In this document: piece by piece, positions 56,391 to 64,000 of the stretch
Numbering within the stretch: the stretch's first letter is position 1
How the letters are laid out: each line of letters begins with the position of its first letter
NCBI GenBank assembly: GCA_963711565.1
Contig: CAVQEQ010000004.1
Coordinates: forward strand, 192,001 to 256,000
Length of the DNA stretch: 64,000 bases
Reading direction: 5' to 3'
Origin: an uncultured delta proteobacterium
Lineage (GTDB): Bacteria > Desulfobacterota > Binatia > Binatales > Binataceae
Position numbers and translations under genes: made by a program
The notes under the pieces: model-generated
What the model was told of the DNA's origin: nothing
The model's input: the letters and a program-made list of their open reading frames with translations, nothing else
Databases searched by the model: none

Positions 56391-57536
56391 CTACGCGATC
56401 TCTTTGATCAGCACGAAGTTGTCGCGATGGATAATCTCATCGGCAACTTTGTAACCAAGCAGAGCAGGAATCTCAGTCGAACGCCGCCCAGCCACCTTCA
56501 ACACATCCGACGCCGGATAATTCACCAACCCGCGGCCGAACTCGACGCCGTCGGGATCGAGCAGGCTCACGCAGTCGCCGCCGCCGAAATCTCCGCGCAC
56601 CTCGCGCACGCCCGAGGGCAGCAGCGACCGGCCGCGATTGCGGAGCGCGTCGGCCGCGCCCTTGTCGACGGCGAGCGATCCTGCCGGCCGCAGCGCGAAC
56701 GCGATCCAATGCTTTCTGCTCTTGAGCCGCACTCCCGCCGGCACGATCAGCGTGCCCGCTTCGCGCGCCGGATCGAGCGCGGCGGTAACGATTCCCGCCT
56801 CGCGCCCGCGCGCGATAATCACGGCGATTCCCGCGCGTGCCGCCTGCCGCGCCGCTTTCAACTTGGTCGCCATCCCGCCGACACCCAGCGGCCCCGCGTT
56901 CTCGGCGACCAGCCCGTGCATCTCGGCCTCCGGATCGCTGATCACAGGAATCAGCCGCGCGTCGGTACGCTCGCGCGGGTCGCCAGTCAGCACGCCGTCA
57001 ACATCGCTCAAAATAATCAGAAGCTGCGCCTGCACGAGGCTCGCGACCAGCGACGACAGCACGTCGTTGTCGCCGAGCCGGATTTCCTCGACCGCGACCG
57101 TGTCGTTCTCGTTGACGATCGGAATCACGCCCGCGCCGAGTAACTCGGTGACGGTTTGATTCGCGTTCTGACGGCGACGGCGTTCCGCCAAATCCTGATG
57201 GGTCAGCAAGATTTGCGCGACGCTTCGATCGTGGCCGCCGAATGCATGCGCCCACGCCGACATCAGCTCGATTTGCCCGGTGGCGGCGGCCGCCTGCCGC
57301 GCTGCGATCGTTGCGCCGTGAAGCTTCGAGAGTCGCGCACGTCCCGCGGCTACAGCGCCAGACGTGACGATCACGATTTCCTGGCCGGCCTGCACCGCCG
57401 ACTCGATCTGTGACGTTAGCTGTTCGATCACATCGACGCGCAGGCCGTCGGCGTCGGACAGCACAGCGCTGCCGACCTTGATCACGATCCGCCGCGCGCG
57501 CGCGACGGTCGATTCCTTATAGTTCAGTTGGGACAT
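56391..57536 (-). CDS. proB: glutamate 5-kinase
   Basis: VIKVGS, TSGAV, NENDTV, GDNDVL, GGMATK, C-terminal PUA domain. Confidence 0.95.
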   Translation of the reverse strand: MSQLNYKESTVARARRIVIKVGSAVLSDADGLRVDVIEQLTSQIESAVQAGQEIVIVTSGAVAAGRARLSKLHGATIAARQAAAATGQIELMSAWAHAFGGHDRSVAQILLTHQDLAERRRRQNANQTVTELLGAGVIPIVNENDTVAVEEIRLGDNDVLSSLVASLVQAQLLIILSDVDGVLTGDPRERTDARLIPVISDPEAEMHGLVAENAGPLGVGGMATKLKAARQAARAGIAVIIARGREAGIVTAALDPAREAGTLIVPAGVRLKSRKHWIAFALRPAGSLAVDKGAADALRNRGRSLLPSGVREVRGDFGGGDCVSLLDPDGVEFGRGLVNYPASDVLKVAGRRSTEIPALLGYKVADEIIHRDNFVLIKEIA

Positions 57537-58536
57537 GCGCCGGCTGATCCATCGTGTGAAGCATGCGCGCGATCGCCGCGACCAGCGGTGCGAGTTTCTC
57601 GCCCTTGTCAGCCGAAATCGGAAACACTTCGAGACCGGTGAGCTTGCGCAGCTTGCGCGCGGTCTTTGTCACTTCGGCCGCATCGAGCAGATCGATTTTG
57701 TTGAGCGCGACAATCGCGAGGCGCTCCGTCAGCACCGGATCGAACGCCGCGATCTCACCGCGCACAGTCGTAAACGCGGCCGCGGGATCGTCCGCAGCGT
57801 CGAGTACGTAAACGATCATCTGCGTGCGCATGATATGCCGCAGGAAACGAATCCCAAGCCCGTGTCCCTCGTGTGCTCCTTCGATCAGCCCGGGAATATC
57901 GGCGAGCGTGAAGCTCTCCTGATCGCCAATCGACACGCGGCCGATATTCGGCGCCAGCGTCGTGAACGGGTAGGGCGCGATCTTGGGCCGCGCCGCGCTG
58001 AGCGCGGTCAGCAGCGTCGATTTGCCCGCATTGGGAAGTCCCACGAGGCCCGCCTCCGCGACCAGCCGCAACTCCATGCGGACCCATCGCTGCTCGCCCG
58101 CGGTTCCCGGCGTCGCGATTCGCGGCGAGCGCCGAGTCGACGACGCGAAATGCATGTTGCCGCGGCCGCCTTCGCCACCCTGCGCGATTACCGCCGTGTC
58201 ACCCGGCATCACAAGGTCCGCGAGCGTCTTGCCGCTCTCGTCATCAAATACGATCGTGCCGGGCGGCACTCGCACGACAACGTCGTCGGAGCCGTGGCCG
58301 TACTGTTCCTTGCCGCGGCCGGACTCGCCGTCCTTCGCGATCAGACGCGGCTGATATTTGAAATCGAGCAGCGTCGACAAGCCTTCATCGACCTGGAAGA
58401 TGACGCTGCCGCCGCGCCCGCCGTTGCCGCCCGCCGGTCCGCCGAACGGCCGATACTTCTCGCGCAGAAACGCGATTGCACCGTCGCCGCCCTTCCCGGC
58501 GTGCACGAATACCCTGGCTTCATCGATAAATCGCAT
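57517..58536 (-). CDS. obgE: GTPase ObgE/CgtA
   Basis: FIDEA, GGPAGGNGGRGG, GLPNAGKST, YPFTT, DIPG, NKID. Confidence 0.96.
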   Translation of the reverse strand: MRFIDEARVFVHAGKGGDGAIAFLREKYRPFGGPAGGNGGRGGSVIFQVDEGLSTLLDFKYQPRLIAKDGESGRGKEQYGHGSDDVVVRVPPGTIVFDDESGKTLADLVMPGDTAVIAQGGEGGRGNMHFASSTRRSPRIATPGTAGEQRWVRMELRLVAEAGLVGLPNAGKSTLLTALSAARPKIAPYPFTTLAPNIGRVSIGDQESFTLADIPGLIEGAHEGHGLGIRFLRHIMRTQMIVYVLDAADDPAAAFTTVRGEIAAFDPVLTERLAIVALNKIDLLDAAEVTKTARKLRKLTGLEVFPISADKGEKLAPLVAAIARMLHTMDQPAHVPTEL

Positions 58537-58580
58537 GGCGGCGTGATCACGTCAGTCTCTGCGCTGTGCTCGATTCGAGC

Positions 58581-58623
58581 AACCTAACCCCTAATCCCCT
58601 TCCCATAGTGGGAAGGGGAACAA
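58581..58623. repeat. REP-like hairpin (family C, copy 3)
   Basis: aacctaacccctaatccccttcccatagtgggaaggggaacaa. Confidence 0.6.
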
Positions 58624-58644
58624 TCGCGCTTGGATTTAGTCTTC

Positions 58645-59673
58645 TTACAGACAAATCTCCGCTAGCGCGCGGACCGTGTTGATGTCGCCGGTGCCGATCA
58701 GCATCGTCTTGACCGGTGACGCCTTCCACACCTTGAGCTGGTCCGCGATTCGCTCGCGATTACCGACCAGCGCGACCTCATCGACCAGCTTGTCCGGCAC
58801 CAGCGCCATCGCCTCGGCCTTCTTGCCGGCGAGGAACAGGTCCTGGATTTTCCCCGCAACGTCTTCATAGCCGAGCCGCTTGGCGTAGTCGTTGTAGAAA
58901 TTTTTCGCGCGCGCGCCCATCCCGCCGATGTACAGCGCGAGCATCCCCTTCACCGGCATCCGGCACTTCTCAACGTCCGGTCCCATGATGCAGGTGACGA
59001 ACGGCGCGACGTCGAAATTGTCGAGGCTCTTTTTGCCGCCGGTCTTCGCGAAGCCTTCCTTCAGCGGCGCATCATAGATGTCCCAGCGCTCCGGATTCAT
59101 CCAGACCGGAATCACGCCGTCCGCGATTTCCCCCGCGAGCGCGATTCCCTTGGGGCTGATCGACGCGGTGTAGATTGGCATGTCCTTGCGCCCGTGCAGG
59201 ATGCTCTTGAGCGGCTTGCCCAGGCCCGAGGCGCCGGGTCCGGTATACGGGATGTCGAATTCCTTGCCGTGATGCTCGACGGGAACTTCGCGCGCGAGAA
59301 TCGTGCGAACGATCTCGATGTACTCGCGCGTGCGCTGCAGCGGTTTGCCGTACGACACGCCGTGCCAGCCCTCGACCACCTGCGGACCCGACGGCCCGAT
59401 ACCGAGGATGAAGCGGCCGCCCGACAGCGCGTCGATCGTCATCGCGGTCATCGCAGTCATGGCGGGAGTGCGTCCCGGCATCTGCATGATACCGGTGCCG
59501 AGCCGGATCTTTTTGGTCAGCGCGCCGATCCACGCCAGCGGCGCGATCGCGTCGGAGCCGTACGCCTCAGCCGTCCACACCGAGTCGAAGCCAACGCGCT
59601 CGGCCTCGAGGATCGTGTCCATCGGCAGGCCCATCTGCGCGCCCGAATAGCCTGAGAGTAAACCTAGTCGCAT
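58645..59673 (-). CDS. LLM-class, probably F420-dependent, oxidoreductase
   Basis: [47 protein letters not shown]. Confidence 0.88.
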   Translation of the reverse strand: MRLGLLSGYSGAQMGLPMDTILEAERVGFDSVWTAEAYGSDAIAPLAWIGALTKKIRLGTGIMQMPGRTPAMTAMTAMTIDALSGGRFILGIGPSGPQVVEGWHGVSYGKPLQRTREYIEIVRTILAREVPVEHHGKEFDIPYTGPGASGLGKPLKSILHGRKDMPIYTASISPKGIALAGEIADGVIPVWMNPERWDIYDAPLKEGFAKTGGKKSLDNFDVAPFVTCIMGPDVEKCRMPVKGMLALYIGGMGARAKNFYNDYAKRLGYEDVAGKIQDLFLAGKKAEAMALVPDKLVDEVALVGNRERIADQLKVWKASPVKTMLIGTGDINTVRALAEICL

Positions 59674-59728
59674 CGAAATTCCTCCCGTCGCGGAAGAGTC
59701 CGCGACACGTGTCGATTAAAGTCGCGTC

Positions 59729-59764
59729 AAAAAAAGAAGCCCCACGGCATTGCCGCAGGGCTTC
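59729..59764 (-). terminator. rho-independent terminator after rpmA
   Basis: GAAGCCC...GGGCTTC stem followed on the minus strand by 7 T. Confidence 0.8.
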
Positions 59765-59787
59765 AGCTCAATTACGTTCCAAACGAT

Positions 59788-60075
59788 CTACGCAGACGCC
59801 CCTGCGGTGTTTTCGCTGCCGGCGGGGAGCGGCTCGACGCTCACTTGCCGCTTCTCACCCTTCGGCTCGTACTTAACCACACCGTCGATGAGCGCGTAAA
59901 TCGTATAGTCGCGGCCAAGGCCGACGTTGCGTCCCGGATGCACGCGCGTGCCGCACTGGCGGACGAGGATATTGCCGGCCTTGACGGTCTGGCCCGCGTA
60001 AATTTTGATACCACGGCGCTGGCCCGGACTATCGCGGCCATTGCGCGTCGAACCCTGGCCTTTTTTGTGCGCCAC
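59788..60075 (-). CDS. rpmA: 50S ribosomal protein L27
   Basis: [23 protein letters not shown]. Confidence 0.97.
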   Translation of the reverse strand: MAHKKGQGSTRNGRDSPGQRRGIKIYAGQTVKAGNILVRQCGTRVHPGRNVGLGRDYTIYALIDGVVKYEPKGEKRQVSVEPLPAGSENTAGASA

Positions 60076-60138
60076 GCAGTGTCTCCTGGGATGAGCGGCC
60101 TTCCGGGCCGCAGTTCAATTAGAAATCGCGCGACGCGA

Positions 60139-60453
60139 TTATGCGCCCGCGGAAATTTCCTCGATTTTGAGAACGGTCAGCTCCTGCCGATGCCCGCGTT
60201 TACGGCGGTAATTCTTGCGGCGCTTTTTCTTGAACACGATTATCTTCGTGCCGCGCGGCTGCTGAACGATCTTCGCCGTCACCGACGCGCCCGCGACGAC
60301 CGGTGTGCCGACCTTGGGCGCGTCGCCGCCGACCGCCAGCACCTGGTCAAGTGATATAGCCGCGCCCACGTCGCCTTCGAGCCGCTCGACCGTAATCTGG
60401 TCGCCGACGCCGACGCGGTACTGTTTTCCGCCTGTCTTTACTATTGCAAACAT
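60139..60453 (-). CDS. rplU: 50S ribosomal protein L21
   Basis: [30 protein letters not shown]. Confidence 0.97.
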   Translation of the reverse strand: MFAIVKTGGKQYRVGVGDQITVERLEGDVGAAISLDQVLAVGGDAPKVGTPVVAGASVTAKIVQQPRGTKIIVFKKKRRKNYRRKRGHRQELTVLKIEEISAGA

Positions 60454-60497
60454 CGCTTATGTCGAACGAACACAATTATCGGACGCAGTCTGGCAAG

Positions 60498-60752
60498 TCA
60501 ACGCGGCGCGTGTTCCTGATTCAAGGAACTAGCGACAGATCGACGAAGAGGAATTCCCAGCCACAAACAGGTTAGAAAGCCGACTCCGACAAAGATGAAG
60601 GCCTTTATGAATATTCGCTCAAACTCAGAAAAAGTGTTCCAAAATACAAAATCGAATAGACAATCGAGACCAAAGGACACCGTAGCGACGACAAAAATCC
60701 AGTATAGACCCAGTCCAGTTCCAGTTCGCTTTATGGAGTGTTGATCAATCAA
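60498..60752 (-). CDS. small two-TM hypothetical protein, AT-rich
   Basis: 84-aa ORF overlapping the sufT stop; two hydrophobic segments. Confidence 0.45.
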   Translation of the reverse strand: MIDQHSIKRTGTGLGLYWIFVVATVSFGLDCLFDFVFWNTFSEFERIFIKAFIFVGVGFLTCLWLGIPLRRSVASSLNQEHAPR

Positions 60753-61287
60753 TGCCGAGTCTCTCGCGCCCCTCTGGCGAGATCATCTGCGGCGTCCATG
60801 GCGGATCCCAGACCAGATCGACATCCGCCTCCGACACTCCCGGCAGGCTCATGATTTTGTAGCGCGCGTCGGTTGCGATCGACGCGCCCATCCCGCAGCC
60901 CTGCGCCGTCAGCGTCATCTTCACTTCGACTTTCTTGGTGCCGTCGTCGGCGTCCTTCACTTCCATTCCATAGACGAGGCCGAGGTCCACGATGTTGACG
61001 GGAATCTCCGGATCGAAGCAGGTCTTGAGCTGCTCCCAAACCATCGCTTCGAGGTCGCCGCCGCCGGACGCCGACACTGCGCCCGCATCCGCAGGAGTTT
61101 TGCCGAGCGCGTCGGCGTCTTTGCCGGCGACGCGGAAGAGGCCGCCGTATGCGGGAATCTGCAACGTGAAGGTTCCGCCGAGCGATTGCGTGATAAAGGC
61201 TTCGAGCCCCTTTTCGAGCATCATCTTGTTCCCGGCCGGGACCTGCACGCCTTCGCATTCGCGGGCCAACTCAACGCGTTCCATCAT
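60745..61287 (-). CDS. sufT: Fe-S cluster assembly protein SufT (DUF59)
   Basis: ITQSLGG, DPEIPVNIVDLGLVY, MTLTAQGCGMG, VWDPPW. Confidence 0.9.
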   Translation of the reverse strand: MMERVELARECEGVQVPAGNKMMLEKGLEAFITQSLGGTFTLQIPAYGGLFRVAGKDADALGKTPADAGAVSASGGGDLEAMVWEQLKTCFDPEIPVNIVDLGLVYGMEVKDADDGTKKVEVKMTLTAQGCGMGASIATDARYKIMSLPGVSEADVDLVWDPPWTPQMISPEGRERLGID

Positions 61288-61477
61288 CGGCTAATACCTT
61301 CCTTGTCAGAGCCACTATTCTAACCACCGAATCTCCTCGTGTCATCACGGCGAGAGCATGGCATGGCGCGCATGGAATGGCGGGCACGGCGGCCCGCCCC
61401 ACTGCATTCAATTCGATGAGTTGCTCGCGCGCGTTGCGGTCGCGAGGTGCTCCTGCTAAAGCGAAGGAAGGACGAAG

Positions 61478-63367
61478 GTGCGGGTGGTGGAAGAGGCGGG
61501 AATACCGGGCGCGAATCAGCCTCATTTCGGCGTTTCGGCCAAGCAGAAGCTCTACGAGTTTCTGTGCTCGCGGCCGGCGGGCGCCGATGCGGGCGAGCTG
61601 ATCGGTTTGCTGCTTAGCGGAGTCGGCTCGGATCCCGAACTCGGCGCGCGATTGGTTCGCCAACTCATCGGCGACGATCCGAATTTTATTTTCGATAACG
61701 ACGCTGCGCAGTGGCGGCTCGCGCAAAGCGATCGGCTCCGCGTCGGGCTTGACGCGGCCGAGTTTACTGTCGTCGATCTCGAGACTACGGGCGGACGCGC
61801 CGGTCCGGGCACGATCATCGAGATCGGCGCTTACCGAATGGTTGGTAAGCGGCTCACCGAATCATTCTCGCAGCTCGTTCGCCCGCATGGCGGCGTCGTG
61901 CCGCGCTTTATCACCGGGCTCACGTCGATCACGACCGAGATGGTTCGCGAGGCGCCACCGATCGAGGACGTGCTGCCCGCGTTTCGCGAGTTTATGGGCG
62001 ACCGCGTGATGGTCGCGCACAACGCGGCCTTCGATTTCGGATTTCTCGACTTCGAATATCGGCGCATCTTCGGCATCGGACTCGCCAATCCCGTCCTGTG
62101 CACGCTGCGGATGGCGCGCCGCTTCATGCCGTCGCTCAAGCGCCGCCGGCTCGACTTGCTCGCGACGCATTTCGGGCTCTCGCTCGAAGGACGGCATCGC
62201 GGCCTCGGCGACGCGCGGATGGCCGCGGAGATTCTTTCTATTTTTCTCGAGATGGCGCACCGGATGGGCATCACGCGGCTCGACCGCCTGCTCGACGACC
62301 ATCATCGCGGAATCGCCGGCAAACGAATCGAGCGTCACGTGCCGCCCGAGGAAATCGCGGCACTGCCGCATGCGCCGGGCGTTTACCTGATGCGCAATGA
62401 GCGCGGCGATTTGCTCTACATCGGCAAGGCGCGGCGGCTCCGGGAGCGGGTCAGCTCATACTTCTCCGCGTCGGTGAAGGCGAAGACGGCGGAGCTCGTC
62501 TCGCACGTTTACAAAATCGAGACGCGGGTGACGCGCTCGCCGCTCGAGGCGGCGCTCGACGAGGTGCGGCTCATCCGCGAACTGAAACCGCCGTACAACA
62601 GGATGCTCAAGTCGGCGGCGCCGGCGTATTTCATCAAGCTCGACCTGATGGACGAATTTCCGCGCGTGACGCTCTCCACCAGGATGAGCGCGCGGCGCGG
62701 CGTGATGCATCTCGGGCCGTTCATCGGCCGCCGCGGTATCGAGCATTCAGTTCGCGCGCTGTCGCGAATCCTCGGCCTGCGCACCTGCGGCGGGAAACTA
62801 GCGCCGAGCGAAGAAATCTCGCCATGCATCTACGGCCAGATGGGCCACTGCACCGCGCCATGTAACGTCAGCATCGGCGAAGAAAAATACGCGGAGCGGG
62901 TTCGACGCGCGGTTGGTTTTTTACGCGGGCGCAGCGGCCCTATCCTCGGCGAGCTGGCGCGGGCGCGCGACCAGGCCGCGGCCGCGATGCGCTTTGAAGA
63001 GGCGGCGCGCTTTCGGCGTTATCTCGAAGAGCTGACCACGCTGGCGCATCGCGCGAGCCGTCTCAGCGAGGTCGTGACGGAAAACAATCTGGTGATCGTG
63101 ACCGGCAACAATGGAGATCGCGCGGCGCACGTCGTGCTGTCGGGACGGCTTGCGATGACGATCAAGCTCGAGGGTTGCGAGGCAGCGTGTGAGGTGGTTC
63201 AGTTCGTCGCGGACAATTACGAGCGGTACAAGTTGAAGGCCGTCGAGCGCGGAGAGTTGGAACAGATGACGATCGTCGCGCGATGGCTTCGGGAGCGCAC
63301 GCCCGACGAGGGCCGGCTTTTCCATCTCGCCGGCCCACATCTGGATCCCCTCGCGCTGGCGCATTGA
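61478..63367 (+). CDS. DEDDh exonuclease (DnaQ-like) fused to a UvrC-like GIY-YIG endonuclease
   Basis: VVDLETTG, HNAAFD, HRGLGDA; PGVY...YIGKA; Cys cluster C..PC..C..PC; UVR motif RFEEAARFR. Confidence 0.88.
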   Translation: MRVVEEAGIPGANQPHFGVSAKQKLYEFLCSRPAGADAGELIGLLLSGVGSDPELGARLVRQLIGDDPNFIFDNDAAQWRLAQSDRLRVGLDAAEFTVVDLETTGGRAGPGTIIEIGAYRMVGKRLTESFSQLVRPHGGVVPRFITGLTSITTEMVREAPPIEDVLPAFREFMGDRVMVAHNAAFDFGFLDFEYRRIFGIGLANPVLCTLRMARRFMPSLKRRRLDLLATHFGLSLEGRHRGLGDARMAAEILSIFLEMAHRMGITRLDRLLDDHHRGIAGKRIERHVPPEEIAALPHAPGVYLMRNERGDLLYIGKARRLRERVSSYFSASVKAKTAELVSHVYKIETRVTRSPLEAALDEVRLIRELKPPYNRMLKSAAPAYFIKLDLMDEFPRVTLSTRMSARRGVMHLGPFIGRRGIEHSVRALSRILGLRTCGGKLAPSEEISPCIYGQMGHCTAPCNVSIGEEKYAERVRRAVGFLRGRSGPILGELARARDQAAAAMRFEEAARFRRYLEELTTLAHRASRLSEVVTENNLVIVTGNNGDRAAHVVLSGRLAMTIKLEGCEAACEVVQFVADNYERYKLKAVERGELEQMTIVARWLRERTPDEGRLFHLAGPHLDPLALAH

Positions 63368-63394
63368 TCGCCAACTGTCGCCGCCGCGCGCGCG

Positions 63395-64000
63395 CTATTT
63401 CTTCGGGTGCGTTCCCTCGCCGGTCAAGCCGACAGAACTCGGCGAGTTGCTCGCGTTGCTGTCGATCGTCAGGGTGCCGTCGCGCGCGCCGAGCGCGGTG
63501 GGCGAGAACCGGACCTTCACGGTGCATTTGGCCTTGGGCCTGATGCTCGCGCCGCAGCCGTTTACTATCGCGAAATCGCCGCCGGCAGCGATGCTCGAAA
63601 AGGTGACCGCCGTGGTCTTGCTCTTATTCTGAATCGTGACCTTGCGGGGCTTGCTGACGCCGTCATTTCCGAACACGACCTTGCCGAGCTTGAGAGCGTG
63701 CGGTGAGACCTTCAGCGTGGCGGGGACCGGCGTGACCGTGGGAGTCGCCGTAGGAGTCAAAGTCGCGGTGGCAGTCGCCGTGGGGGTTGCGGTCGCCGTC
63801 ACGGTCGTAGTGGTAATCGGCGTGCCGGTAGCAGTCACGGTCGATGTCGGCGTGCCGGATGGGGTCGCGGTCGGCGTCTGAGTCGCAGTGACAGTACTAG
63901 TCGGCGTCGCTGTTACAGTTGCAGTGTTTGTCGCGGTTGCGGTCGGGGTGCCGGTCGCCGTGACGGTCGGCGTGCCGGTTGCCGTTGCGGTTTGAGTTGC
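63395..64000 (-). CDS. C-terminal part of a secreted protein with Thr/Pro linker and ASH/choice-of-anchor-D domain (5' end outside the window)
   Basis: T/P/A linker then LKLGKV...CTVKVRFSPTALGARDGTLTIDSNASNSP...LTGEG. Confidence 0.8.
   Translation of the reverse strand, partial: ATQTATATGTPTVTATGTPTATATNTATVTATPTSTVTATQTPTATPSGTPTSTVTATGTPITTTTVTATATPTATATATLTPTATPTVTPVPATLKVSPHALKLGKVVFGNDGVSKPRKVTIQNKSKTTAVTFSSIAAGGDFAIVNGCGASIRPKAKCTVKVRFSPTALGARDGTLTIDSNASNSPSSVGLTGEGTHPKK

Overview
GC-rich bacterial chromosomal window. Gene style suggests a Candidatus Binatia/Binataceae-like soil bacterium (inference, not verified). 1-12 kb holds a TMTC-like GT-C glycosyltransferase (partial), two DUF4412-like paralogs and large secreted modular proteins with Thr/Pro/Ala linkers and ASH/choice-of-anchor-D domains. 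12-30 kb holds small stress genes, two paralogous Crp/Fnr regulators, an XRE-NfeD-(PH-like)-flotillin-PspA operon, GH38 mannosidase plus ROK kinase, and a sigma54-type two-component pair. 30-47 kb holds lower-GC orphan genes around YcaQ and an AidB-like dehydrogenase, an S53 peptidase, a lone Rieske protein, a THUMP methyltransferase, efp with a PGNW loop, and a small-gene islet with 51-bp direct repeats. 47.5-53.8 kb holds ygfZ and an amidohydrolase/crotonase/acyl-CoA ligase/degenerate crotonase operon, bracketed by two tiny desulforedoxin-like genes absent from the ORF track; this is the best candidate for an undescribed system. 53.8-64 kb holds rplU-rpmA-(LLM F420 enzyme)-obgE-proB-proA-nadD-rsfS, sufT and a DEDD/GIY-YIG fusion. 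Three families of short intergenic hairpin repeats recur, one with clear compensatory base changes. No rRNA, tRNA, CRISPR array, transposase or integrase was recognised.
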